DNA of 45,394 nucleotides from a virus (lineage: Duplodnaviria; Caudoviricetes), in IMG/VR virus record IMGVR_UViG_3300032315_000882, positions 1 to 45,394 of that record. One strand, given 5' to 3'. This document shows positions 32,327 to 42,318 of the stretch, one piece after another (position 1 is the first letter of the stretch; each line of letters starts with the position of its first letter). Made by a program: the position numbers and the translations under genes. Under the pieces are notes generated by a model that searched no databases, was not told where the DNA came from, and saw only the letters and a list, made by a program, of their open reading frames with translations.

Positions 32327-33331
32327 TTACGCGGCGACCTTTGCTTCAGTGTGCAGCAGGCTGTCGACCCGGCGAACCGGGAAGCCGTCGAAGGTCATCA
32401 CGGACTGGCCAGCGACGTCCGACATCATCAGGGTCGAGTTCTTGACCTTGTTGACCATCTGGCGGCGCAGGAAGCTGTGAACGCGGCGGCTGCAGTAGAA
32501 GGCACCACGGATGCCGGTCAGGTTCGGGATGAACGAGGCGACGTCGGTCATCAGGTCGATGAGGTCAGCGCCGGTCGCGGCATCCTTCGTCAGCTCGGCG
32601 AAGTCAACCTGGATGCGGTAGACGTAGCGCCAGTCCTTGAGGACCAGGCCAGCGTCCATGCGGTAGTGCGTGCGGTAGGCTTCCATCCGGCCACCGGCAC
32701 CATCGACGTTCTCGATGGTGATCTGGCCCTTGTCGTCGGTCTTGAGACCGGCAACGGAGCCCTTCGGGTAGGTCATGAAGCAGGAGTTCGGGCCCCAGCC
32801 AATGAACCAGATCGAGGTGTTGGTGGAGTTCGAGCCGTCGGCGGCCGAGGCGTTGATGTTCTGGCCGTTTTCGGCGGACAGCGAGGAGTAGCGAGCGGCG
32901 AAGCCCGTGAACTTCTCGGGGGTGACATCTTCGTCGGCGTAGAAGATCGAGGAGGCGAGGTCTTGCGACATGCCCTCGATGTGGGCGGTGTCTTCCGACA
33001 GGCGGAAGGCAGCGGTGTTGCCGTTCAGGTCAGCCAGGGCCTTGTCGACCTCGGCGTAGGCTTCCATCATACCGGCGTTGTCGGTCACCTGGGCGGTGCG
33101 CGACTTGGTCGGCTGAACGCCGCCGTACAGCTTGCGCCAGGTCGGGGCAGGCAGGCCGGTGCGGATGGTCGAGCGGTGACCCGTCGGCAGGTTGCCTTCG
33201 ATGTACACGGCGTCGGCCAGGATTTCGTTGGTCTGGGCGAGGATTTCGACGATCTTGTCGACCTTGCCGTTCGGGTCCAGACGCTTGGAAACGTCCAGCA
33301 GAGTGGGGTGGGTATCCGTAAGGGTGGCCAC
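32327..33331 (-). CDS. Major capsid protein (BPP-1 Bbp17-like)
   Basis: PTLLDV.KRLDP, TGLPAPTWRKLYGGV, EVDKALADLNGN.AAFRLSED, FDGFPVRRVD. Confidence 0.92.
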   Translation of the reverse strand: MATLTDTHPTLLDVSKRLDPNGKVDKIVEILAQTNEILADAVYIEGNLPTGHRSTIRTGLPAPTWRKLYGGVQPTKSRTAQVTDNAGMMEAYAEVDKALADLNGNTAAFRLSEDTAHIEGMSQDLASSIFYADEDVTPEKFTGFAARYSSLSAENGQNINASAADGSNSTNTSIWFIGWGPNSCFMTYPKGSVAGLKTDDKGQITIENVDGAGGRMEAYRTHYRMDAGLVLKDWRYVYRIQVDFAELTKDAATGADLIDLMTDVASFIPNLTGIRGAFYCSRRVHSFLRRQMVNKVKNSTLMMSDVAGQSVMTFDGFPVRRVDSLLHTEAKVAA

Positions 33332-33344
33332 GGTAGTTCTCCAG

Positions 33345-33995
33345 TCAGTTCATGTTGGGGAAAAGGGTCTTGGCTGCGTCCTGGGCGGGAGAGGACTTGC
33401 CCCCCGCCACGAACGTGTCTTCGCTGATGGCCTTGCCGACACGGAACATGAACCGGATGACTTCCGGGTTGTCGCCGAGGCGGTGTACGTCCAGCAGTTC
33501 GCGGAGTTCTGGCGTGCCGAACTGGTCGACTGCCTTCTTCGCGACCGCCAAGTTGGCCGGGAGAGCATCGCCCCCGAACTCCTTGTCGGTTTCGGCACGG
33601 CCCTTCCAGTCGGCGAACATCTCGCTCGTCGCCTGTTGGCTTTCAGCGACCCACTTCTGGGCCAGCTTCACGCCAAGGTCCGTGACCTTTTGCGCGGCGT
33701 CCTGCGGCAGGTTGAGTTCCTTGGCGACGTTCTTGAACTCACCGAGCAGTTCAGCGTCGAGTTCGACGCCTTCCGGCACGGAGAAGTCCTCGTAGGCTTC
33801 GGGCGCGCCCTGGGGTGCGTCTTCGGCCTTGTCGCCTTCGGCCTGCTGCGCCTGTTCGCCTTCGACCGGATCGGTCGGGGCGGCTTCGGCTACCGGCTGC
33901 TGTGCGGTGGCGTCGGTGTTGGCGACGTCGCCCGCGGTCTGCGATGCGGCTTCATCGGTGGTCGTGTTGGCCGTCATCAGCGTCGTGTCAGTCAT
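33345..33995 (-). CDS. Scaffolding protein
   Basis: Acidic N-terminus, APEAYEDFSVPEG, LGDNPEVIRFM.RVGKAISED; directly before the capsid gene. Confidence 0.8.
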   Translation of the reverse strand: MTDTTLMTANTTTDEAASQTAGDVANTDATAQQPVAEAAPTDPVEGEQAQQAEGDKAEDAPQGAPEAYEDFSVPEGVELDAELLGEFKNVAKELNLPQDAAQKVTDLGVKLAQKWVAESQQATSEMFADWKGRAETDKEFGGDALPANLAVAKKAVDQFGTPELRELLDVHRLGDNPEVIRFMFRVGKAISEDTFVAGGKSSPAQDAAKTLFPNMN

Positions 33996-34299
33996 GTCCG
34001 AAATGCTCCTGCATCATGGTCTGGAAGCCCAGCGGCGCGGCCTTGGCGACCTTGCCCTGGAACTCGAGACCGATGGCGCGCTTGCCTTCCCTAAAGAACG
34101 TCTCACTGTTGCCAGTGAAACTTGAGACGTAGAGACCCGTGGCCTCGAGCAGACGCCAGACAATCCGGCGGCCCCGAGGCGTGGCCATGAGCCATTCCAG
34201 ATCGGCCTTGTCAGTGTCCCTGCGGTTCCGAGCGTCCTGGGCTCTCGCCTCGGCGCTCTTGTGCTGGGTCTCCAAGTCGGTCGGGTCTTCCTGGCTCAT
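33988..34299 (-). CDS. Conserved head-cluster protein (BPP-1 Bbp19-like)
   Basis: DLEWLMATPRGRRIVWRLLE..G...SSF......F.EGKRAIGL. Confidence 0.8.
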   Translation of the reverse strand: MSQEDPTDLETQHKSAEARAQDARNRRDTDKADLEWLMATPRGRRIVWRLLEATGLYVSSFTGNSETFFREGKRAIGLEFQGKVAKAAPLGFQTMMQEHFGHD

Positions 34300-34305
34300 A
34301 GCGGG

Positions 34306-34338
34306 AACCTACGTCGCGCGCGTAAGGGAAGACATACC
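34306..34338 (-). promoter_or_regulatory. Late promoter motif; probably yields a leaderless mRNA
   Basis: GGTATGTCT-N18-TAGGTT, then 6 nt to the ATG at 34299. Confidence 0.7.
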
Positions 34339-35511
34339 GCGCTCGAGCCGGGCCAGCGAGCAGGTGTGCTTTTCGACCTCGCCGTCCAGGCGGTGGTAGG
34401 TCTCCGCATCCATCGACCGCACCGACCGATAGCCGCTTGCGTGGCTCCAGATGTCGGGGGCGGCGAGGGTGCGTTTGTATTTGACCGTCACGCCCGGGTA
34501 GTCCTTCTCGTCGCCGTGGTGGACGTGGCCGACGTACCAGACGCGGGAGCCGTGCTGTGAGGCTTGCCACAGGTCGGGCACGTCGACGGCCATCAGCAGG
34601 GGGAGGTCTTTGCCCTTCGCCCCGTCGCCGTGGGTGGTGCCAATCAGGTTGGTGCCGAAGCCCATGAACCAGTAGGGGTTCGGGCTGGTGACGACCGTGA
34701 CCCTGGGCTCGTTCTCGTAGAGCAGCGCCAGCATCTCGGCCAGCATGATCGCGGTGATGCCGTCGTGGTTGCCGGGGTTGATCCGCACGGTGAGGTAGAG
34801 GTGCTTCTCGAGCATGCGGGCGATGTGGTGGCGCTTGCAGCGGATGCTGGCGCGGACGACCTCTGCGTGGCGGCCGTGCGTGTCGAGATGGTGGCCGCTC
34901 TTGGTGCGGCTCGCGTTGTTGTCGGCGTGGAGGCTGTCGCCCAGATCGATGTAGAGGGCGTAGGTCGAAGAGGGCGTAGAGGCGACCAGCCTGTCGATGG
35001 CCGCCTTGGTGATGCGCTCGAACTCGACCAGGTCGAAGGTCTGTCCCGTCTCTTCCTTCCAAGAGTAGAGGCCAGCGTGCGGATCGCCCTGTGGGTAGAC
35101 CGTCAGCAGATCGTCGTCGGTGTGTGCGGGTGGGGCGAGGGGTTTGAGTGGTTCCAGTCCCTCAAGTAGCGCCGCCTTGATAGCCAGCAGCCTTTCGGCC
35201 TGCGCCTCGGCGTCGGGCGACTGACGCTCCCACACCCGCTCGACGCCGTTGGGGCCGCGCTGGACTGTGACCTTGCCCATGCGGTAGCCGGGGGCGACGC
35301 CCTCGTTGAAGTGGCCCGGCGCGTGGCCACGGCGGGCGGCCTCTTTCTGGTAGCGGTCAGCTGCTTCCTGAACGGCTGACTTCCCCAAGCCCAGCGCCTC
35401 GGCGGCTTTGCGGATGCTGCCGTGCTTTTGGACCGCCTCAGCGGCCCGCCACTGGGTGTCTGTGGCCCAATCAGGTTTGCAGTCGTCGGGAGGAACAAAC
35501 ATCAAGGCCAT
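34309..35511 (-). CDS. HTH plus calcineurin-like metallophosphoesterase
   Basis: GSIRKAAEALGLGKSAV (HTH); GDPH, LGDSLH, PGNHD, HGD, GHVHH. Confidence 0.8.
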   Translation of the reverse strand: MALMFVPPDDCKPDWATDTQWRAAEAVQKHGSIRKAAEALGLGKSAVQEAADRYQKEAARRGHAPGHFNEGVAPGYRMGKVTVQRGPNGVERVWERQSPDAEAQAERLLAIKAALLEGLEPLKPLAPPAHTDDDLLTVYPQGDPHAGLYSWKEETGQTFDLVEFERITKAAIDRLVASTPSSTYALYIDLGDSLHADNNASRTKSGHHLDTHGRHAEVVRASIRCKRHHIARMLEKHLYLTVRINPGNHDGITAIMLAEMLALLYENEPRVTVVTSPNPYWFMGFGTNLIGTTHGDGAKGKDLPLLMAVDVPDLWQASQHGSRVWYVGHVHHGDEKDYPGVTVKYKRTLAAPDIWSHASGYRSVRSMDAETYHRLDGEVEKHTCSLARLERGMSSLTRAT

Positions 35512-35533
35512 GCTTCACTTCCATGCTGTTGTT

Positions 35534-35857
35534 TTAGCGCTCATGCTCAGACGACCATCCGCTAACGTGCGCCATCTCGTGACACATTAGCGTAGCATAG
35601 CCGTCACCCCAGCGGCAGGGGTTTGGCACATAGATCGTCCCGCCGACCGTGCAGCCCACGGCGTAGCGAACTTGGGGGCACATACGCTGGACCCTTGCCT
35701 CGGTCGTGAACACAACGCCCGCCGTTGCGTCGCGCTGGTAGCGGGTCGGGGGCCTGTCTCGCCAGTCTGAGCCACCGGATGGCAGCAGGGTAAACAGCCA
35801 CCACCAGAACAGGCCGGAGAGGGCAAACGCGGCCAGCAGTCCGAGGCGGCGGGTCAT
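35534..35857 (-). CDS. Small membrane-anchored protein with HExxH motif
   Basis: N-terminal TM; four Cys; CHEMAH. Confidence 0.6.
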   Translation of the reverse strand: MTRRLGLLAAFALSGLFWWWLFTLLPSGGSDWRDRPPTRYQRDATAGVVFTTEARVQRMCPQVRYAVGCTVGGTIYVPNPCRWGDGYATLMCHEMAHVSGWSSEHER

Positions 35858-37164
35858 GGCGCGGTCAGGGCTTGGAGTTGAGCGTCAGTAGCGGCAAACG
35901 GGAGGACGCGGATACGGCGGATGTATCCGTTGACCCATGAACCCGTGCCCGCGTCTCCTACGCCTACGTTAAGCTGCGTGTAGTTGGCGACGGCAGTTGG
36001 CGTGTTACCCGAAGACAGCGTTCCGTTTGACGCGGATATGGAACGCCCCGGCGCGACAGTTATACCAAGCCGTCGAATGCCAAGCGGTGCGCCACCCGTA
36101 ATGTCTCCGGGGTTTGCATTGACGCCGCCAACAGCCGCCCGACTTCCGACGTTTGACGTGCCTTGAACCCGGAAAAGGCTGATGCGATTACTGATCGTCG
36201 CATCAGAAAGCGTCGAAACGAACTCATTTGCCGTAGCTGGTGCCGCGCTGGTGAGAAACTCAACATCAGTAACCAAAGTCACGCCGCTGCTGTATGTCGG
36301 CACACCAAGGTTCACAGGAACATCAGCCCCCCGCGTCCCCGCCGCTCCTGTGGTGATGATGGGGGAGGTGGCGAAGGCTCCGAGTTCCATCTGGGGAAGT
36401 GAAATACGAAGGGTAAAATCGACGGTCTTGCCGGTGCCGGGGGTGATGACGATGTAGGGCGCAACAAAAGCGGTAGTTGCTTGGTTCGTTGTAAACGTCA
36501 CCGATCCGCGCGTCATTGACGCCGACCCCGCAACCGCCACGGCTGTTGAGTTCCCGACGTATGCGGGAACACTATTGTTCATGTCAAACTGAAGAAGAGG
36601 GCCAGAGGTAAATCCCGACACTGACCCGGCGACCAACGCCGCATAAACCGACGCGGTCCACGCTTGTGCGTTCGTAGCCGCGATACCGCCCTCAAACTTT
36701 ATTTGTGAGCCTGTGTTGTTAACGGTCGTGCCAGAAAAACGGACTTCAACAAAGCCCGTGCCGGTGACGCTATCAGTTCCAACCGCGACGATTTGCGGAG
36801 AAAGGCCGTTACTACCAGAGAACGTGGTCCAGTTAGTAGGAAGCGTTCCCGGCGTCCCGACGACAGCGCCCGCCGCCACACTGTTACGGATGCCGTTCGT
36901 CCGCGCTTCCTCAACCAGTATCCCCCGGTTCGTGATGCGGGGGACGCCCGTGGCGAACTGGATGACGTTCCCCGCAAGGTCCAGCGCAGTCGCCGTGCCG
37001 TTCGTGTCAGTGCGGGAAAATGACCAGCCAGTAGGGAAGGCAGGCAATCTCGGCCCGTTGAGGGCGTAGACGCCTTTAGCGAAGTCCAGGTCCAAGCCTT
37101 GCGTAGCCGCCAGGCGCGAAAAGACACCGAGGCCCCCCAGACCTATGCCAAGGGCCGTGCTCAC
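35854..37164 (-). CDS. Head fiber/spike protein with lectin-like domains
   Basis: GTG 37164 overlaps the upstream stop; LDLDF, FSR...AT...G....A..PR....G.LVEEARTN, QMELGAFATSPI.T.....TRGAD, GYIRRIR; lower GC. Confidence 0.7.
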   Translation of the reverse strand: MSTALGIGLGGLGVFSRLAATQGLDLDFAKGVYALNGPRLPAFPTGWSFSRTDTNGTATALDLAGNVIQFATGVPRITNRGILVEEARTNGIRNSVAAGAVVGTPGTLPTNWTTFSGSNGLSPQIVAVGTDSVTGTGFVEVRFSGTTVNNTGSQIKFEGGIAATNAQAWTASVYAALVAGSVSGFTSGPLLQFDMNNSVPAYVGNSTAVAVAGSASMTRGSVTFTTNQATTAFVAPYIVITPGTGKTVDFTLRISLPQMELGAFATSPIITTGAAGTRGADVPVNLGVPTYSSGVTLVTDVEFLTSAAPATANEFVSTLSDATISNRISLFRVQGTSNVGSRAAVGGVNANPGDITGGAPLGIRRLGITVAPGRSISASNGTLSSGNTPTAVANYTQLNVGVGDAGTGSWVNGYIRRIRVLPFAATDAQLQALTAP

Positions 37165-37412
37165 AGGTAGAGCGCCTTGATGTCGGTGGCCGTGGTGTTC
37201 GTGGCGTTCACCCGGCGGCAACGGACAGGCAGGATCGTGCCGCTCGCGACGTTCTTGAACGTCTCGACCACCGCGCCTGCGAAGTTGTCGACGCCGACCA
37301 CGACCACGTTGCCGCCGACACCCACGAAGAGGGCCGAGGCAGCACCACCCGCAAAGTCGGTGGTGTCGTGGGGTGTTACGGCTGCGAAGCTGCGCGCGGG
37401 TCCGTCGGACAT
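37161..37412 (-). CDS. Head spike base protein (GTA Rcc01079-like)
   Basis: AVTPHD.TD....ALFVGVGGNVVV...TFKNV..GTILPVRCRRVNATNTTATDI.ALY. Confidence 0.7.
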   Translation of the reverse strand: MSDGPARSFAAVTPHDTTDFAGGAASALFVGVGGNVVVVGVDNFAGAVVETFKNVASGTILPVRCRRVNATNTTATDIKALYL

Positions 37413-37421
37413 GTCGTTCTC

Positions 37422-39116
37422 CTAGTAGCTGTACGGCGCTGGCGAGCCGTAGCCGGTTAGCTGGTTCATGACGTCGGCACCTGCGTTCGAGGCACCGTTC
37501 TGCGTGGCGACGCCGCCCAGCTTGCCCATGCTCTCGGCGGCCTGCTGCGCGGTGGCTGCTGCCTGTTGCGCCGCCTGCTGGTCGGCACGGGCCTTGCGGA
37601 CGAGGGCGACCTCCTCCTTGCCGACGATCAGCTCTGGGTCGACGCCGATCTGGTCTGCGTAGTTGTCCACCCAGCGGTCTGCGTCGAACTTGTCGAGCAC
37701 TTCGGGCTTGATCTGGGCCATAGCGCCGAGGTTGCCGACGAAGCGGTCGGTGCTATTCGCGCCGATGGCACGTTGGGCCTGTGCCAGGATCGAGACGAAC
37801 TCGACGTCGAGGTTCACGCCGATCAGCTCTTCGGGCGGGGGCGGCAGCGCACCCGCCTGCAGCAGGCGCTCGAAGGTGATCTCGATGAGCGGGTCGAGCA
37901 GCTCGTTGTGGAGACGCTCGAGCACGGGGCCGAGCATCAGGAGCTTCTCCTCGTGGCGCTCTGCCACCTCGGTGGCCGTCATGTTGGTCGAGACGGCCTG
38001 CGAGATCATCAGGAAGAGGTCGGAGTACATGCCCTCGCGGATGCGTTGGCGGACGTCCTGAATGTCCATCAGCAGGTGGTTGAGGTCGAGGCCCACCTGG
38101 AAGAGGGGCTTAACGCCACCACCGGCAGAGGCCGTGTCGGCGACGGTGTAGCCGCCCGGCAGGATGTCGACCTCCTCGCCCTTGAGGCTCGAGGGGCCCT
38201 GGAGCGGCGGGCGGGTCTGGTAGTCGATGCCCTGGCTCTTGCGCAGTTGCTCGTGCTGGAGCTGCTTGATGTCGCCGAGCACTTCCATGCCGGGGCTCTG
38301 GCCGTAGACGTCCTCGCTCGAGGTGTACCAGCGAGGGGCCAGGACGCGGAACCGCTCGAAGCCGCTCTCGCGCAGGAGCTTGTCGCCGTCGCCGCCCTTC
38401 TCGAAGTAGCAGCTGGCCCAGGGCATCTGGCTGCTCTGCTTCGAGCGGATGTCGCGCTCCTTGCGGGGCTCGATGGCGTGGACGATGGTGACCCAGCTGT
38501 CGCCGTTGCCGTTGGAGACCATGTTCCTGACGGCCGACGAGACATTGGTTTCACCAAATTCCTGTACCAGCTGGCGTGCGGTCTTCTGCAGCTCGCGGTA
38601 GGACGTGTCGACGTTGCCCCTGAAGTCGGTGGCCAGGGCATAACGCCCCACGGTGTTAGGGTAGAGGTGGATGCCTCGCTCGAAGTCATCCATCATCAGG
38701 GTGTTGGCCGTGCCGAAGGCACCAAGCTCCTCGTAGAGCTGGTGCAGGGCGCGGTAGGTGTTGGACTGGCCGAACGTGGCCTGCATCTTGCGGGTGACCT
38801 GGGCCAGCCAGACCTTGACGGGCTGATATTCCATGAGCGCGTCGTCGGGGATGCGCAGCCGGAACCAGGGGCGCGCGGGGCTGGTGACGCCCGACATCAT
38901 GCCCGCCGCCAGGATGCGCAGAGCGCCCGTGCCGGTGCGGTCGTAGATGTTGTTGTGGCGCTTCTTGCCGTCGTTGCGGTCGGTCACGGAGAAGCGGCCA
39001 GCGCGAGGGAAGAGTTGCGTCGACAGCTCTTCCCAGTGCGATACCCACGACGACCGCTCGGTCTCGAGCATGGACCATCGCTTCTGGTAGTGCTGCTTCT
39101 TGGGGGTCTCGATCAC
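37422..39116 (-). CDS. Portal (head-tail connector) protein
   Basis: [47 protein letters not shown]; GTG 39116 overlaps the HNH stop. Confidence 0.92.
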   Translation of the reverse strand: MIETPKKQHYQKRWSMLETERSSWVSHWEELSTQLFPRAGRFSVTDRNDGKKRHNNIYDRTGTGALRILAAGMMSGVTSPARPWFRLRIPDDALMEYQPVKVWLAQVTRKMQATFGQSNTYRALHQLYEELGAFGTANTLMMDDFERGIHLYPNTVGRYALATDFRGNVDTSYRELQKTARQLVQEFGETNVSSAVRNMVSNGNGDSWVTIVHAIEPRKERDIRSKQSSQMPWASCYFEKGGDGDKLLRESGFERFRVLAPRWYTSSEDVYGQSPGMEVLGDIKQLQHEQLRKSQGIDYQTRPPLQGPSSLKGEEVDILPGGYTVADTASAGGGVKPLFQVGLDLNHLLMDIQDVRQRIREGMYSDLFLMISQAVSTNMTATEVAERHEEKLLMLGPVLERLHNELLDPLIEITFERLLQAGALPPPPEELIGVNLDVEFVSILAQAQRAIGANSTDRFVGNLGAMAQIKPEVLDKFDADRWVDNYADQIGVDPELIVGKEEVALVRKARADQQAAQQAAATAQQAAESMGKLGGVATQNGASNAGADVMNQLTGYGSPAPYSY

Positions 39117-39742
39117 AGCCGGTTCCCCTTCGCTATGTTTTCGCGGGCTGGGATGCACTGCAGGTTCCAAGGAACGTGCAGCCCGCAGACGGTCTTGCCT
39201 TTGAGGGGCACGATGTGGTCGACGTGGTGCCGCACGCCGGTCAGTTGGCTCAGGTGCTCCGACCGCTCGTAGATGGCGACCAGGGCTTCACGGCTCACGG
39301 TGGGCAGGGTGGCGCGGCTTTGGCGGGCTCGCCGCTCGCCGCAGCACGCAGCCCGCTTCTCTTTGTTGGCCTCGCTCCAAGCCTTGCCAGACGCCTTGCC
39401 GTACGAGGCCACTTTTTCGGGGTTGGCCGCGCGCCATGCCTTGGTGGCCGCAGCCCGCTTCTCTTTGTTGGCCTCGTAGCAAGCCTTGTTGGCCGCAGCC
39501 ACCTTCTCGGCGTTAGCCTCGCGCCATGCCTTGTTCACCACAGCCGCCTTCGCCTTGTTGGCCGCGTGATATGCCTTGATAGCCGCAGCCCGCTTCTCTT
39601 TGTTGGCCGCGTAGTAGGCCTTCTGTTGCTCCGCCACCTTCTCTTTGTTGGCCGCGCGGTATGCCTTCTGGTACTCGGCCGCCTTCTCTTTGTTGGCTGC
39701 ATAGTACGCCTTCAGGTACTCGGCCTTCTGTTCGCGGGTCAT
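39113..39742 (-). CDS. HNH endonuclease with N-terminal tandem 15-aa helical repeats
   Basis: [36 protein letters not shown]; about 8 repeats of KA(Y/W)xAANxEKxA. Confidence 0.88.
   Translation of the reverse strand: MTREQKAEYLKAYYAANKEKAAEYQKAYRAANKEKVAEQQKAYYAANKEKRAAAIKAYHAANKAKAAVVNKAWREANAEKVAAANKACYEANKEKRAAATKAWRAANPEKVASYGKASGKAWSEANKEKRAACCGERRARQSRATLPTVSREALVAIYERSEHLSQLTGVRHHVDHIVPLKGKTVCGLHVPWNLQCIPARENIAKGNRL
39350..39730 (-). repeat. ~45-bp tandem coding repeats within the HNH gene
   Basis: Recurring ttctctttgttggcc / gccgcagcccgc on the + strand. Confidence 0.8.
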
Positions 39743-39903
39743 AGCGGCGACCCGAGGTTCAATCGGACCATCTTAAGGCACGCCTGGAAAAGCACCTCAT
39801 CGCTGCGGCCGCGGCGCTGGACGCCGCATGCCAGCGCCAGCTTATCGATTTGCGCGGTGGTCAGGGTCGGGGTTGGGGTCGGGGTCAGGGTCATGTTCAT
39901 CAT
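39739..39903 (-). CDS. Hypothetical protein (54 aa), TP repeat at N-terminus
   Basis: ATGA overlaps at both ends; [27 protein letters not shown]... Confidence 0.5.
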   Translation of the reverse strand: MMNMTLTPTPTPTLTTAQIDKLALACGVQRRGRSDEVLFQACLKMVRLNLGSPL

Positions 39904-40199
39904 CCGCCGAGCAACACGTTCCTACCCAGGGCCATATTCTGCAGTGGGGCACCGCCTGGGCCTGTGAGCAGCGTGGCGGCAGCCGACCCCACCTTGTTGG
40001 CCTTGAAGAGCGAGGCCAGGTTGGGGGCCTGTCGCTGCGCCTTGGCCTCTGCCTGCTGCGCGTCGGCCTGCGTCTTGGCGGCGGCAGCAGCCGCCTCGCG
40101 CTGGGCAGCGTCCTGCGCGCGCAGCGCCTTGCGCTGATCGCTTGCAGCGCCGAACACAGCGGCAACAGGGGAGAGAAGGCGAAGCGGGTTACCGCACAT
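39900..40199 (-). CDS. Small virion-associated protein upstream of portal
   Basis: MCG start, Ala/Gln-rich, TLLTGPGG...LG...LLG C-terminus typical of this slot in podophages. Confidence 0.75.
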   Translation of the reverse strand: MCGNPLRLLSPVAAVFGAASDQRKALRAQDAAQREAAAAAAKTQADAQQAEAKAQRQAPNLASLFKANKVGSAAATLLTGPGGAPLQNMALGRNVLLGG

Positions 40200-40215
40200 G
40201 GTTCAGGCCTCGGGC

Positions 40216-41802
40216 TTAAGCGAGCGGATCGTAGTCGCGAGGCTTCCTCGAAGACATACCGGGCATGTTGCGCATCTTCGGGGTGTTGATGCAGGCGAGG
40301 GCCAGAGCGGATAGGTGGTCGGGGCTGCGCTTGATCCTGTCGACGATGTCCTCCCTGCTCTCGACGTAGACCTGGGAGCCACGGAGCTTCCACTTCGGTG
40401 CGCAGAGGTCTGCCAGGAGCCTCTTCGAGGGGGGCAGGGCGATGTTGTTGTTGGCCTCTGGGTCGAGCAGCTCGCGCAGCCGCCAGATGTGCTCCGACCG
40501 CTGATTGAAGAAGCCCAGACGCCCCGACTTGTCGCGTGCCCCCGACTTCTCCGAGACGTTGACGCCGAGCACCTGCTGCCTCGCCTCCTTCAGGAAGTCG
40601 TAGGGGCTCGAGCCCACGCCGATGACGTCGATGTGGATGGGGCTGTGGTTGCGGTTGGCTGCGATGGCCAGGCCCGCCACCATCGGGCCGTTGGGCGTCT
40701 CTGCTCCCGGGTACTCGAGGGGCTCGTCAAACCACCAGCCCTCATGCCTGCGGTAGATCACGGTCTTGTCCTTGCCCCCTCGCGCCACGTCGACACCGAG
40801 CGACACCATTTCGGGCTTGGGGGAGAGGGGCTTCCAGCGGGCCTGTGCCAGCTCCACCCAGCGGGTCGGGATGACCTGCCAGATGTCGTCCTCCATGCCC
40901 GCCTTGAAGTCGCCGTTCAGCATCTGGCTGCGAAGGGGTTCTGGCAGCGCCTGTAGCGTGCTCATGTAGCCGGTCCCGGTGAGGAAGGGGTTGTCTCGCA
41001 CTCGCGAGGGGATGAAGGTCCGAGACATGGGCTGGATCACCAGGTCTGGGCTCTCTGCGTAGTCGGCGGGGTTGAAGTCGTAGTCGGGCTCGCCGTCGGC
41101 GATGACGAAGGGCTTGCCGCTGTCGACCTCGAGGTCATTGCCAGCGACGGTCGCGAACCAGCGCAGCTCGCCGGGGACGGCGGGGTTGGGGTGCTTGTCG
41201 TCGAGCCAGGGGCCGAAGAAGTCGACGATCCAGCGGCCCTCTGCGCTGGTTGGCGGGTTGAAGGTCAGCAGTGCCTGGCAGCGTTGGCCGACCACCGTGG
41301 TGCGCAGCCAGCCCAGCAGGAAGCGCACCTGCAGCTCGAGGAAGTTGGCAGCCTCGTCGAACACGATCAGGTCGTGCGGCCGCCCCTGGTACTTCTTCTC
41401 GTCCCCGGCGTTGGGCACAGAGCCAAGCTCGATCTGCAGGGCCTTGCCGTCGCTGCGCGTCTGCCGCCAGATGCCCTTCGTCGAGTTGTATCCGTCCTTG
41501 GTGCCGAAGAGCTCCTCGAGCCTGTCCTCGATGGCGGAGAGCTCTGTGCCGACGCGGCGCAGGATCATGATCTTGCGGTGGTCCTCGATGCTCTTACCGC
41601 AGGCCAGGTCGGTCTTGCCGCCGCCTGCAGCACCACCGTAGCCGATGATGTCCGCCGTGCTCTGGTAGGCATCGGTCTGTGGCCCAGGGAGGGGCCGCCA
41701 GCGCTTCTTGTCCCGGGCGAGGAGGGCGAATAGGTCGGCGCGCTCCCTCTCGCTCAGGTGGGGCAGGAGTGACTGGACCTCGGCTGCCGAGGGGGGCGTC
41801 AC
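40216..41802 (-). CDS. terL: Terminase large subunit
   Basis: Walker A GGAAGGGKT, Walker B FDEA, TFNPP, nuclease GVDVARGGKD, IDVIGVG, SPD. Confidence 0.93.
   Translation of the reverse strand: MTPPSAAEVQSLLPHLSERERADLFALLARDKKRWRPLPGPQTDAYQSTADIIGYGGAAGGGKTDLACGKSIEDHRKIMILRRVGTELSAIEDRLEELFGTKDGYNSTKGIWRQTRSDGKALQIELGSVPNAGDEKKYQGRPHDLIVFDEAANFLELQVRFLLGWLRTTVVGQRCQALLTFNPPTSAEGRWIVDFFGPWLDDKHPNPAVPGELRWFATVAGNDLEVDSGKPFVIADGEPDYDFNPADYAESPDLVIQPMSRTFIPSRVRDNPFLTGTGYMSTLQALPEPLRSQMLNGDFKAGMEDDIWQVIPTRWVELAQARWKPLSPKPEMVSLGVDVARGGKDKTVIYRRHEGWWFDEPLEYPGAETPNGPMVAGLAIAANRNHSPIHIDVIGVGSSPYDFLKEARQQVLGVNVSEKSGARDKSGRLGFFNQRSEHIWRLRELLDPEANNNIALPPSKRLLADLCAPKWKLRGSQVYVESREDIVDRIKRSPDHLSALALACINTPKMRNMPGMSSRKPRDYDPLA
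40228..40260 (-). promoter_or_regulatory. Late promoter motif embedded in the terL 3' end, upstream of the portal cluster
   Basis: GGTATGTCT-N18-TACGAT. Confidence 0.7.
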
Positions 41803-42308
41803 GCCAAATCCGATCCATCTTCGGGCTCACCGTCACGGCGCGCTTTGGCAAGGGCCAGGAGCGAGGCGATCTTGGCAGAGGCGGCGACGTCGGAGAACTC
41901 GACGGGGCCGCCCTCTGGGTTCGACAGCTGGATGCCCGACTGCGGGCGGTAGCGGTGCGACCACTTCTCGAGCAGCTGCATGCGGGTCCAGACACGCAGC
42001 TTCGAGCGGGCGATCCACTCGGCGTTGGCCTTGGGCCCGCGGTCGGTCTCGATGGTGTCGTGCTCTGTCTGGTCGGCGATGCGCATCACGTCGTTGGCGA
42101 TGGCGTCGAAGCCCTGGTCGCGGGCCAGCTCGTAGGCGGCAGCGAACTCGGGGTTGGTGGTGACCCACTGGTGCACCGTGTTGCGGGAGGGCATGCCGGG
42201 CGACCGGCAGATGTCGACGAGCGTCTCGCCCTCACGCAGCCGGTCCAGGATGCTGGCCGCCAGTTCGAGGGAGTACCGGCCTTCTGGGTTTAGGAGAGGT
42301 CTAGCCAT
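41799..42308 (-). CDS. terS: Terminase small subunit
   Basis: ILDRLREGETLVDICRSPGMPSRNTVHQWV...FAAAYELAR....DAIA...IAD...RSKLRV.TR..LL.K. Confidence 0.88.
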   Translation of the reverse strand: MARPLLNPEGRYSLELAASILDRLREGETLVDICRSPGMPSRNTVHQWVTTNPEFAAAYELARDQGFDAIANDVMRIADQTEHDTIETDRGPKANAEWIARSKLRVWTRMQLLEKWSHRYRPQSGIQLSNPEGGPVEFSDVAASAKIASLLALAKARRDGEPEDGSDLA

Positions 42309-42318
42309 TGTGAGCGGG

